A stretch of DNA of 64,000 nucleotides from NCBI RefSeq assembly GCF_011386835.1, contig NC_088797.1, positions 126,604,001-126,668,000 on the forward strand, in the 5' to 3' direction. Source of the stretch: Chrysemys picta bellii (lineage: Eukaryota). Positions 36,571 to 49,100 of the stretch are shown one piece after another. Numbering within the stretch: position 1 is the stretch's first letter; every line of letters begins with the position of its first letter. The position numbers and the translations under genes were made by a program. The notes below the pieces were generated by a model, which did no database searches, was not told the DNA's origin, and saw only the letters and a program-made list of their open reading frames with translations.

Positions 36571-38574
36571 TCCTGGGGGGTAACTATGCCATCTTTGGAT
36601 GAATAGAATGTCTCGCACCTCCGAATGGTTCGTCAGCGCTCGGGGGGCTGGCGCATTAGAGAGATGGCAAAGGACTTTCCAGTATTCGGGTGCGCGGCTC
36701 CGCCTGAGTGCCCTCGGGCGCCGGGAAGCAGGTAAGTTGCACAGAACGCGCTCAGAGGCGTAACACGGGCATTATCAGAGTCCATAGTCGTTCCCATCGG
36801 CTCATTTCCTGACCTGGCTGCGTGTAACCACGTCTCCTGAACGGAGCTTTGGGAGGAGAGCTGCTCTGTACCACCCCAGAGCTGGGTGCATTTCAGCAAA
36901 GCAATTCCTGGCTAGGGCTTTGGGCTCCTGAAGAACTCATGGGCTGGACTTTAATTCCCACTTGGTCAGATCCCCCCAGACATGGGGCAGAGGGAAGCTT
37001 GGAAGTTAGGGGAGGGAAAGGCCAAATGAGGCTCACGCAGGCCGTATCCGGGCCACGCAGGCCTGGTCCCCATTGGAATTAGCCCGTAGTGTTCTGTCCA
37101 GACAGTGAGTTCTCCACCGGAAATCACAGAGGGACAAGCCTGGGGGGCAGGGCAGGGCTGGACTAGCCGGGGGGGGCAGGACGCGCGGCAGAGCTGGGGG
37201 GTTGGGTCTCACATCCACCAGTCATTGAGGTGGCCGCCCCTTGAACTCCCGGGCATGGTCAGAAGAGCCCGAGGGAGTCACGGTGCAAGGTGGCTGGGCT
37301 GACGGCCTCCTGCGGGTCTCGGGCGTGGGACCTGGAGGAACGGCCTGGAGTTAAGGGAGGGGAGCTGCAGCCTGAACACCAGGGGAGACCCCCGGATGGT
37401 GAGAGTGAGGGCAGGACCCGGGGAAGCAGCCTCCCTCTCGGGGCACTGGAAGCAAGACTGCCAGCACGCAGGCTGAGGTGCCGTCAGGCCCAGCACGGAC
37501 AGCAGCAGGTGCTTGGCCTGGCCAGACTGAACGGCCTCCCAGCGGTTCCCGTCCGCGTGCCCACCAGGCGCCCGCGGGTAGAGTTCCTGGGCTCATTCCC
37601 CTGCCCTGCCACTCCCGCCGCGGGCCCTTGGGCCAGTCACTTTAACCCCCCCCAACCGCCCAGCTGTAAACAGGGGTGGATGGTCCTGCTTTGCGCCCGT
37701 CGTCTCCCGTGTCTAGACAGCCTGTGAGCTCTTTGGGGCAGGAGCTGGCTGGGGCGCCCACCGGGTACCCGGCTCGCCCAGCTATGAATACTGCAGAACA
37801 ATAAATCAAATCACACACTAGGTGCCCGGGCGGGGGGGGGGGAGGGGCAGGACTCCTGGGTCCCATTCCAGACTTCTTTTGTGACCTGCACAAATCACTA
37901 ACTCACCCCGTGACTCAGTTTCCCCCTCCTAAGGGGGCTGATACTGACCCAGCTCCCCAACAGGGCATGTGACACTGACAGCACCGTGGAGGGAACGGAA
38001 GTGGGGGGACCCCTGGAACCCAGCACTGGAGCCCCAGGAACAACTGCCCAGAGACGCTTTTGTCTCCTAGCCCGAGGGCGCCTGATCCAGCGTCTCCGAG
38101 ACCTGCCAGGCCCCAGAGCCGGGCACGTGAGCAGGGAGGGCCGTGCCCCCTCCCCTCCCCAGCCAGTTCACGTTCCCTGGAGCACTAGTGACCTGCCATT
38201 AGTTACAACGCCTGAGCCCAAGTCCAAGGGCCACGAGCCAGCTCCAGCCTGGTGTGGGAGGGCAGCGGAGGGGGCTGGCAGGAGCCTGCGTGACACATGC
38301 AGCTGCTGGGAAGTCTCTGCTGCAGACCCTAGTGGGCGGCTCAGCGAATGCCCTGGGATCAGGGCCCTGGGACGCTCCGCAGGGCAGGGGCCTGTTCTCC
38401 CCCCGTCATCCCTCCCAGTGGTGACCCTGTTGGCTTCACATTGGCATGGGGAGGCTGCAGTCCCATGGGACGTGCTGCTCGCTGACCAGCCCCACCCTGA
38501 AGTGCGAGGGCAGGGAAAGGGGTCCCCTGCTTTGCTCTCTCTGGCTGCTCCATCTGCCCCCTTGACGCGTACTG

Positions 38575-39410
38575 CCGGTGCCCCTCAATCCCGACCCGCA
38601 GCCCCCTGCTAGCCCAACCCTGGGCTCCCCCCAGCTCTGCCGGTGCCCCTCACTCCCGACCCGCAGCCCCCTGCTAGCCCAGCCCTGGGCTCCCTCCAGC
38701 TCTGCCGGTGGCCCTCACTCCCGACCCGCAGCCCCCTGCTAGCCCAGCCCTGGGCTCCCTCCAGCTCTGCCGGTGGCCCTCACTCCCGACCCGCAGCCCC
38801 CTGCTAGCCCAGCCCTGGGCTCCCTCCAGCTCTGCCGGTGGCCCTCACTCCCGACCCGCAGCCCCCTGCTAGCCCAACCCTGGGCTCCCCCCTCTGCCGG
38901 CGCCCCTCACTCCCGACCCGCAGCCCCCTGCTAGCCCAACCCTGGGCTCCCCCCAGCTCTGCCGGTGCCCCTCACTCCCGACCCGCAGCCCCCTGCTAGC
39001 CCAACTCTGGGCTCCCTCCAGCTCTGCCAGTGCCCCTCACTCCCGACCCGCAGCCCCCTGCTAGCCCAGCCCTGGGCTCCCCCCTCCAGCTCTGCCGGTG
39101 CCCCTCACTCCCGACCCACAGCCCCTGCTAGCCCAGCCCTGTGCTCCCCCCTCCAGCTCTGCCGGTGCCCCTCACTCCCGACCCACAGCCCCCTGCTAGC
39201 CCAACCCTGGGCTCCCTCCAGCTCTGCCGGTGCCCCTCAATCCCGACCCGCAGCCCCCTGCTAGCCCAACCCTGGGCTCCCTCCAGCTCTGCCGGTGGCC
39301 CTCAATCCTGACCCACAGCCCCTGCTAGCCCAGCCCTGGGCTCCCCCCTCCAGCTCTGCCGGTGCCCCTCACTCCCGACCCGCAGCCCCTGCTAGCCCAA
39401 CCCTGGGCTC
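38575..39410. repeat. GC-rich minisatellite, ~65-bp unit x ~13
   Basis: Unit GCCGGTG(C/G)CCCTCACTCCCGACCCGCAGCCCCCTGCTAGCCCAGCCCTGGGCTCCCTCCAGCTCT; same family as 3252-4717 in the opposite orientation. Confidence 0.95.
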
Positions 39411-42400
39411 CCCACACAACTCTGTGTCCTTCATTACTTCATTATTCAATTGATGAGTCGCAGGTGGGTGTGCTCCGTCCCCTGCCGCCGAGCACCCGGG
39501 CAACCCCAGCGCTGCTAAGCTGAGCCTCTCCTCATCTCCGCTGGCACGACCGCAACGAACAGAAAACTCTCCGGCCAGTTCCAAACAGCCCCAGCGCTCG
39601 GCTTTCTGCCCTCCGGAGCCAGCCCGGGCCCCAGCTTGGCCGTAGGCTGCAGGAAGTGGGATGGGCAGCTTTTCAATGGGTCATTCATTTAACCAAGTTC
39701 CCCGCGGGCATTTCTACGGCTCGCCAGTTCCTGCCGCACGACCCCCCCAGAGCCGGGAGCAGCACTGGTCGGGGGGGGGGCGGCTCTGAGGATATCCACT
39801 CGCTCCCACCACGCTCAGTGACTCCTGGGGGCTCCAGCCTCGGAGGGTCTGCGACAGCCAGCCAAGGGGAAGGCACTTGCGCCCGCAGGGCAGGACCGGC
39901 GGGGCTGGGGCCAGAGAGCCAGACCCCCGTCCTGAGGATCTGACCCGCAAGGGGAGCCCAGCCCCTGAGGGAGGGGGGGTGGCTAAGGGAGGGGTGTGTA
40001 CAGCTGTTGGGTGGGTGCCGGCGTGTGCGTACACACGTCGGGGGCTGCGGGATGAGAGAAGGAACCACAGCATCCCACACGCACAGCCCTGCGCCCAGTC
40101 AAAGGCAGAGCCCCGGGGTGTCACGAGGGCCCGGACCCAGAGGCTGCTGCGGGCCCCAGCACCCCGTGCCCAGCGCGCTGTAGGCTCATGGGCTTCTCCA
40201 TTGTCTGGTCCTCCAGCTCCCTCTGCTGCCAGCAACCAGCCGCTGCTGCCCAAGTCCTACAGCAGGGCCCTGGACCCGGCTATACCAGCCGTCCCTGCCG
40301 TGGGGTCCCTCGTGGGTAATGAGGTGCTGTCTAGAACGCTGACCCCCTCGGGCACCACCCTGGCTGGGTGCGTCCAGTGACCCAATTGTCTCCTCAGCCT
40401 GTGGGTGGAGACCAGCCTAGGGTGTCACCCGATGAGCTGCCCAGGGCGGGGAGGTGCCGTGCAGCTGGCATGGGGACCCTCGTTCTCTGCTGCCCTGTAC
40501 CGTGGGCGCTCACTGATGCCAGGAGAAAGCGGGCAGGACATGACAGCTAGCCAGAACGGCTGCAACTCACAGTCCCTTCGCACGAGTGACTCCGCAAAGT
40601 GCAGGACGATGGCGAATCGGGCCCTGAGCTTTTGCACACTTGTTTCTCACCAAGTCCTCGGGCCAGGCTCTGTGTGTGTGTGTGTGTGTGTGTTAACCGG
40701 CCCATGCCAGACCATTACGCTACAGGGAGAGGGTGGGAGAAGGTCCAGCGCTCCATGCCCAGCGACTCCCCTGCACAACGCAGTCCCAGGTACCTCCCAG
40801 GTGAGCCCGACGTTCACAGCAGCTAACGAGCACGCCACGGGTGACAATGAATGACCCCAGAGCATGAGGCAGGGCAGGGGCTTTTAAAAACATATTTTAT
40901 TCATCAAACTCAATGAGGACAATTGAAGGAAAACTGAGCCGTCCCCTTCTTCGGCCCTACCTCAGAAGAGCAGATCAAAGGGGTATTTGAAAGTAAAAGG
41001 CAGGAAATTGAGCATCAGAGCCATGGAAATGTTCCGGTATCTGGCCCTGGCCCTGGCCCTGGCCCTGTGGAACTCAATGCCCGCAGAAAGCTGAGGGGCT
41101 GAATTCTGCGGCTGAAAAACGCACGTTTTGTTTTAGGGACAGAGGACTCACCGGAAAGCATCAGACCTGCCACCGCTCCTGTCAGGTCTCCTGGCTCCAA
41201 CGGCGGCTGGCACCGGATGCTTCAGACAAAGGTGCAAGAACCTCCAGAATGGACAGACCTGAAATAACCAGCCCGTCTAAGAATAACGGCCTGAACCCAG
41301 GCACGGTGCGCGTGGCCGAGTGGGGAGGGTTAATCACCACTCAGCTACGTTTTGATCCTCTTTCGTGTCATCTCTTCGTACCCAGCCAAGTGCCCGGTTC
41401 TGATCTGAATCCCACTTTGCCACCAGCTCTCAGCAAGGACAAGAGCCATGAGTTCCACAGGTTAATACCCATTATAGAGCTGAGAAAGCATTTCCTTTCC
41501 AATGCTGCCTTTCCATTTCATGGGCTGCTCCCCCTTGGATGCATATGCTGGGGCTGGGTGACGGGGAGTTGCTTCTTTCCCTCCTGTGAGTATTTTACAA
41601 GCCTCCTCTCTCACGCCCCTGGTAAATGCCTCGGGGCAGGGCCTGCGTATGGGGGCTGGAAGGCACCGTGCCCAGCGGTGGCGTTAAAACCACAAGCTAA
41701 TAAAGCAGTAAACAAGAAAGGTCAGTAATTCCGGGCAGCGGATGAAGAGGCAGCACTGCTCTGCCCACGCTGGGAGCACGTCGTACAGCTCCAAGCACCT
41801 CCGTGATGGAGCCAGAAAAGAGCAACCGAACACAAGGAAGGGGCAAGAGGGGACAGAGTGAAATCTACAGCCCCGAGCCTCGTAGAGGCAGCTGCCTGGC
41901 GCCCAGCCAGAGCTCCACCAAGGACCAGCCTTGAACCAGATCGCAGCCCAAGCTGGTTTTCTAGCATGGCTGGTGCCCCAGCGTGAGGGCAGTGCCGGGT
42001 GTGCACCCCAAGGTGCTCCGGGGGTCATGGGGGTGGGATTAACAGGCGATCTGCTCTTGGAAAACACCTGGTGAGGCCTGATAGGCTGTGGCCTCAGCTC
42101 CCAAGGGAAACACGGGAACCACCATCGCGACAAGTGGGTGGCTGAAGCCCCACGCTGCGTCCTTTCTACGGAGCGACCCCGGAGCTGGCAGGAATGGTGC
42201 TAGACGCACAGGCACCAAAGATGGGCCCTTTGCCATCAGGGAGCCCGGCACAACACTGGCCATGGGCCTGCTCCCCAAATCCCTAGAGCAGATCTTAGAA
42301 AACAGCCAATCCAGATTTAAAATGTGCCCATGCTGGCGATTCCACCATGCCCGTGGTAGATCATCGCGTGGTTAATTGCCCTCACACTCACTGTTCAAAA

Positions 42401-43794
42401 CTGGTGCCTTGTTTCCAGCCCAGATCTCATGGCAACGGCGCTAGGCCAGCACCTTGCCCGACGGGCACGGCTGCCCGGCCTCCCCCGTTCTCCCTGCTCG
42501 GGGTGCTAGACAGTCCCACTGCACCGGTGGGCAGCGGGGCTCAGTGAGGTGGCCGCGTATCGAGGCTCAGAGGGCCAGGTGTGGAAGTGGGTTGGGGCAC
42601 ATGCACTGGAGACCCAGTGCACGGCGTGAACTCGGCCACGGCCGAGCGCCAGCCCAGTGCCGAGAAAAACACAACGGCTCCGTCTCTTTGCGGCTCAGCG
42701 ACGGCCCCCGTGGGACCCATTAACCCTTTATTAACATGGTGGTTGGGGCAGACGAGGGGCCGGACTCTCCTCGCTTTCGGTTTTAATACACACACTGAGT
42801 GGGAGCGCATGGCTGTTCCTGGTAGGAAGCCAGGCGGTGCCATGGGATTTGCAGCAGTTGCTCTAAATATGTTTCAATAACCGGCCAGTCCCAGCCACAA
42901 AATCCAGGCATTGGAAAGAAACAGGTTAACCTCCTGCTTGCGGGGTTACGAGCAGAGACCAGGACGAGAGCCAGACGGGGACAGAATCGCTCACAGCTGT
43001 TGCTGTGGTGTTCTTCCTCCTTCCTCTAGCAACCGGGCCCAGCCATTGGGGTCTGGTCCTGGATTTTTAGTGGGGTGGCTCCATGCGCCTACAGACACAG
43101 ACGCCAGACACTCAGCCATGCACACACGGGCAATTTCTAGAAGCTGGACTATTTCTTTTCCAAACTTGGCGTGGGCAGGTAAATTATCCCCAAGTAACAC
43201 ATTTACCATGAGCCGGAAATATTGCTGCTGGAGCAGCCGGCCTCCATTTCCCGGACTGGCTGAGGTCTGAGTTATGGCCCTGCTGGAAAGACAGCGGGTT
43301 TGTAAATGCTTCTGTTTGTGCCGCTTGCCAGCGAAATGAGAAAACATTGATCACCGGGGCCGAGTTTGAGCCGGGAAAGAAAAGCAAAATTGGGAAATGC
43401 CGCGAGAGACAGACACTGATCGATGGGCCGGGACACCTCCCCCGGCGGCTAACCGGACTTGGAGAATTAGGTGCCAAAACCCATGGGAAGACGGGCAGCT
43501 TTGCAAGCCCCAGCCAGTGCCCAATGCCCTGCTCACTGTACCAGAGTGGGGGTCTCTCTCGTCACTGGGCTTTGAATCAGGTGGCTAGAAACAGGCAGCC
43601 AGAGAACAGCAGTTCCCCTTCACCCAGGGCCTGTGCGCCGTGCCCCGAGCCCGGAGGGAAGCCATGGGCACGTGCTAGCCACCGGGAGAACTGCCTGAGC
43701 CCACGAGCTCTCGTCCGGTCAGCGTGCCGCTGTGGGTGGGCTCAGCGGGTAGAGGGGTGAGGCTAATGGCCCGGTACTAAAAACCCAAGGGCTG

Positions 43795-44440
43795 CCGGAC
43801 TGGGTCAGACCATCTCGTCCGGTAACCGGCCTCCGACAGCGACTGGTGATGCAGCTTGAGAGAGATCCCCCCCGTCCCCTCCCAGCTCCTGGCAGCCAGA
43901 GGCCAGGGACAGCCGGAACATGGGGTTGTGTCCCTGCCCATTCTGGCTAATAGCCGTCCATGGAGCCATCCTCCAGGAACTTGGCTGATCCTTCTTTGAG
44001 CCCCGTGACACTCCTGGCCTGCACAACATCCCAGAGGCAGGGCACTGCCGTCGAGAGGGAGGCCCTGTGCCTGACACCCTCCCACTGGCCGCGAGCCGGG
44101 CATTAGCAGTCAGAGATCCACACGGTTTAAGGGACCGTTAGACAATCCAGTCTGAGCCCCTGGCCAGCATGGGGCATTACATTCCCCCAGCTCCCCCGTA
44201 CATGGCCAATGTTTGCCTGAAGCGTCTGCCAGGAAGGCAGCAAGCAGGCTCTGAACCCAGCCCGTCCCATGGCGGTTTGTTCAGGGGTGGAGCGGCCCCA
44301 TTAGAAACGTGGGTCTTCTTTCCCCTTTGAAGGGTCTGGCTTCGGCTCCCGGTTCTTGCTCTGCCCGTGTCTGCGAGATCAGAGAGCCCTTCGGGGGTTC
44401 GGATTTGCACTCAGCATCGGCTTGCCTCTCGCGCAGAGGG
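43795..44440 (-). mobile_element. Old CR1 3' fragments
   Basis: ctgggtcagacc...ctggctaatagcc...cacaacatcc are reverse-complement CR1 3' motifs; heavily diverged. Confidence 0.6.
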
Positions 44441-46005
44441 GACTGGTCAAGCCCCACTCGCTGGGGCGACGCTGGAAACCAACACCACGTGCTGCCCAGA
44501 AACAGCCCAGTGGACTGGAGAGGCCTGGGGGCAGGACCCCGCTCTAGATCAGGTCCCAAGACCAGGCCCCCCCGCCCACTTGCCCCGCTCACCCTGAGCT
44601 AGGGAGAGTTCTTTTGTATTCGTGAGAGGCTCCCAGAGGGCTCGAGGCCCCATTGTGACAGGCACTGCCCAGCCCCCTACAGAGATACAGGTCCTGGCCC
44701 TCGCAATCTAAACAGACAAGACAAAGGGTGGGGAAGGGAAACTGAGGCACAGAGCGGCGTCATGACAGAACCGACGTTTCCTGCAGGCCGGTTCAGGCCC
44801 TGTGTCACCGGACCAGATTCTGCTGCCCTCCATGTAGCGCCGCTGAAAGCGAGAGGCTGACGTGGGTCTTCGCCGGCGTTCCAGGCTTGTGCTAGGGCCT
44901 GGCACTGGGGTGAATTTAACCCAGGAGCTCTGGGCGGAGATAACCTCGCCCACGCCCCGCCCACTGCCCCCTAGTGTAGCCGCAGCCACCTCCCTTTAAA
45001 TAACAAGTGCCAGCAAAACGCATGTCCCGGAGAACCCCCGCCGCGGCGGCACCAACCCCAGCGCAGCGGGCACCACCGTGCAACGCGCCCCCGGGAAGAA
45101 CGGTGACGTTCCCGTTCACGGGGTGGGCCACTCCACACAAAGGGAAGGTATCAGAGGGTTCAGCCAAAATATATATATGTCAAAGGACTAGTTTTTGCTG
45201 CGGAAGGATACACTTATTACAAAGGTTGCGATGCATAGTTATAAAAGTGAGTCCTTGAAGCACCTGAAGTCCCCGGCTGGCCGGCCTGCAAGCCCATCCA
45301 TTTCCCCTGATCCTCGTTACCTCGTGCTAATTATCAGGGACCACCTGCGGGGCTGTGCATCTGGAAGGCACTTGGCAGGGGGGATCTGAGCCCCCCTCAC
45401 AACCCTTCGGCTCCTCGCAGGTAGGAAAGCAGCATCCTCCCCAAGGGCGGGGATGGGGAAACTGAGGCACAACTCGGTGACGAGAGGAGGTGAAGGCCAA
45501 AGGTGGAGCCAAGCACTCTCGGGTCCCAGGCCTGCCTTCTTTGGGAACACGGGTGCTGGAATGTTCCGCGGGTCCTTGGCCAGGGCTGGGGGGCCTTGCC
45601 GATGAGCCGGGACCTATCTGCAGGGTTTGTGGGACCCCTGCAGGCAAGGGGCCAGCACCGTCAGCGTCATTCCTCCCACCTCGCTGAATTCATCGACGGC
45701 CCAACCCAGAGCAGGGCGATCTTGGCCACATACCCCACCCCACCAACCCCCCCCCCCCCCCCGGCTGTTCAGAACGAGCTCGGCTGGCAAATGAGCCTGT
45801 TTCTCCAGGGAGCAAGACAGCGGAACCCGCCTGCTGCAAGAACCCCCCGGGTACCCCACACCTGGGCACCCACCCACCCCGTGGCGCCCCTGCCAGCAAC
45901 GTCCACGGCTGGATCCCAGCGCTCTGCCTCCAGGCACCCCAGGGATGCGCGCCCATCTCTGCAGCCCGTCTCCGGTGGGGGGCAGCCGTGGGGCCTGGGC
46001 TCCGC

Positions 46006-46110
46006 TCACTTGGGGCTGCCCCTGCTCGGCGTGTCGCCGGGCTCCGGGTTCTCCTCTTCCTCCAGGTACTGGCACATGCTGTCCACCAGGGAGTCCAGGC
46101 CCGCGAGCCC
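46006..46110 (-). CDS. Pseudokinase gene, final coding exon
   Basis: gggtctccgcag|GGG...AAG TGA; [34 protein letters not shown]. Confidence 0.8.
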   Translation of the reverse strand, partial: GLAGLDSLVDSMCQYLEEEENPEPGDTPSRGSPK

Positions 46111-49100
46111 CTGCGGAGACCCAGACGGGGGGTGAGTTACCAGCATGGGAGGGCCCCGCTCTGCCCTGCTGGGGGGGGTCACTGAGCTCAGCCCACCCCC
46201 AACGCCTGCTCCTGTCCCCTGCCCTGCCCGAGGCCCCCCCAGGCCCTTCGGGAGACCGTCCCCCAGCCTGAGCCATCGCACCGGTCCCCACCCCGCGGGC
46301 CCGGCTCACCTGGTGCTGGGCCAGCAGCGGGCGCACGCAGGTTCTCATGCTCTTCCGGAAGGCGTAGGGGTCCTCGCTGCTGGACAGGCTGCTGGGGTCA
46401 AAGCAGACGCCCTGGAGGCAAGAGAGGAGTGTGGGGAGGAGGTGAAACCCCACCGGCGAACCTGCCCCCCTCTCCCAGTCACCCCGGCCCCACCGCCAGG
46501 ACCCTGGGCAACAGATCATAGATCTGAGCCCCCCGCGCGATTCCCCACAGCCCAGCACCCCCTAGGGAGCCCCCCACCTGCCCCCCCCCCCGCATGCCCG
46601 GCGCCCCCTAGAGATCCCCCACCCGTGGCCCAGCGCCCCCTAGGGAGCCCCCTGCCTGCCTCCCACAGCACAGCGCCCCCTAGAGACCCCCCGCCCACGG
46701 CCCAGCGCCCCCTAGAGATCCCCCACCCGTGGCCCAGCGCCCCCTAGGGAGCCCCCTGCCCGTCCCCCGCAGCACAGCGCCCCCTAGAGACTCCCCGCCC
46801 ACGGCCCAGCGCCCCCTAGAGATCCCCCACCCGTGGCCCAGCGCCCCCTAGGGAGCCCCCCATCTGCCCCCCCTGCAGCCCGGCGCCCCCTAGAGATCCC
46901 CCACCCATGGCCCAGCGCCCCCTAGGGAGTCCCCCGCAGCTCAGTGCCTCCTAGAGACCCTCCACCCGCGACCCAGCGCCCCCTAGAGACCCCCCGCAAG
47001 CGACCCAGCGCCCCCTAGGGAGCCCCCGCCCGCCCCCACAGCCCAGCGCCCCCTAGGAAACCCCCCCACCTGCAGCCCAGCGCCCCCTAGAGAGCCTCCC
47101 TGCAGCACAGCAGCGCCCCCTGCTGCAGGGGCAGGAGCGGGGGGACGGGCTGTGGAAAGCCCCTTGTGCAGAGACCAGCGGGCGTGGGAGAGCAGCGAGC
47201 CCCACCTGGGCCGTGTAGATGGAGGCCGCGCCGACGTCCCCAGGGTGGAAGTGGTGGCGTTTGCAGAACCGCAGGAAGTTCAGCACCTCCCGCAGGGCTC
47301 GAGCTCCCTCCAGGCCGGGCCCCTCGGGCGGCCGCCCCACCGCTGGGGAGGGCAGAGGAGACAGATCAGCGACCGGGACCCTGCAGGCCCAGGCTGCCCG
47401 GTCACTCCAGCCAGGGCGACCGTCCCAGAGAACGGGGACCAGGGAGCTGCCAGCGCCCACGGCTTAGACTCGGGGACCGCCGCGTCCCAGCAGGGCCAAC
47501 CAGCCCCAGCTCCCAGCCCCAGGGCCCTCTAGGGAACCTGCCGGAGGAAAGGGGCTGCCCAGAGAACCGCCACTCGGCTGGGATCCTGCCCCACACTCCT
47601 GGGAGCCGGTGGCCCCACTAGCCCATATCCCGCCTTTGAGAGCCACTAGGCACCCAGCCCCTCGCTTGCCTCTCCAGCGTCTCAGCCGTTCCCAGAACCA
47701 GAGCCTGGCCCTGCCGGGGGGCAGACGGGCCAGGGCCTCCCCACGGCTATTCCAGCCCGACCTGGGTGGGGTGCTGGGGATCTCGGCGCTCGCCCGCCCC
47801 CCCCATTAACGGGGTGCTGGTGGGACACTGGCGGGAACCTCTCTACTGCAGCCTGGTGCCCCGCGGGTGCCCACGTGCTGCCCCGGCTGCCCCCCCATGC
47901 CCTGCCGGGCGCTCACCGTGCACGTCCCTGTCCTCCATGAGGTAGAGGATGGAGCCGTTGCGGTCGTACAGGACGGCGTAGGGTACCAGCAGCGTGGGGT
48001 GAGGGGGCAGGAACAGGAAATTGTGTAACATCTTCCTCCAGTCGGAGACCACGGGCACCTGGCAAACAGAGGAGAGGCTGAGACTGCGTCCTGGGCCCCA
48101 ACCAGCATCAACTGGGGCCCCTCAGTCCCGACCCGCAGCCCCCTGCCAGCCCAGCCCTGGGCACCCCCACCCCAGCTCTGCCAGGGCCCCTCACTCCCAA
48201 CCCGCAGCCCCCTGCTAGCCCAGCCCTGGGCTCCCTCCAGCTCTGCCGGTGCCCCTCACTCCCGACCCGCAGCCCCCTGCCAGCCCAGCCCTGGGCTCCC
48301 CCACCCCCAGCTCTGCCAGGGCCCCTCACTCCCCACCTGCAGCCCCCTGCCAGCCCAGCCCTGGGCTCCCCCACCCCAGCTCTGCCGGTGCCCCTCACTC
48401 CCGACCCGCAGCCCTGGGCTCCCCCCACCACAACCCCTGAATCCCGACCTCCAGGATACGCAGAGGTCTGCTGTTTGCAGGCTCCTCGGGGCAGGGAGCC
48501 CGTCTCAGTCTGCACTCCCTACAGCCCTGAGAACAGGGGTGCAAATGCCCATTCCTGGTCCCTCCCTCCCCAAATGCGCCTCGGCTCTGGGCCGAGGACA
48601 CCCCACTCCAACCCCCTCGTCCGGGCCAGGCCCTGGGGTCAGCTGCCGGGCCACGCTCTTCCCCGGAGCTAAATCGGGCGCCGGTTTCCAGAGGCCGCCG
48701 TCGACGGCCATCAATAGCGCTCGGTTAATTAATTTGATGGGAACAGCAGGGACCACACTTTGCATTTAGTGAAGTTCCGAGAACTTCCAACCTCATCTTC
48801 ATAATTGGCCTCATAAATTTGAGGAAAGAGAGAAATCAGCAAAGCAGGAGGAGGGAAAGGAGCGAGAGGAACCGCTGCGCGCGGCAGAGAAGAGAAGTGG
48901 CTCCATTTGGCGTCCTTATTTAATTTGATTGCACAGATCCATCTTCCCCCTCCCTCCGCCAGCCCCCGCGCTCCCTGCTGGATTGACCTAATCATGATAA
49001 ATTCATATTCATTTCCCCGCCTGCGCCGGCGGGGGGAGCGCGCTCGTTACGCCTGCCCGCCCGGCCGCCACGCCATTAGCTCCTGCAAATATTTACTCAT

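Noticed and set aside
38575-39410. CTCF-like CTAGCAGGGGGCTGC in the 65-bp minisatellite family
   Set aside because: It mismatches the near-invariant second C of the core and the purine after GGC; much weaker than the 46.6-47.1 kb array.
40896-42732. Assignment of the pseudokinase poly(A) site (AATAAA on the minus strand at 42727-42732 or 40896-40901)
   Set aside because: Both are 3-5 kb from the stop codon and cannot be distinguished without 3'-end data.
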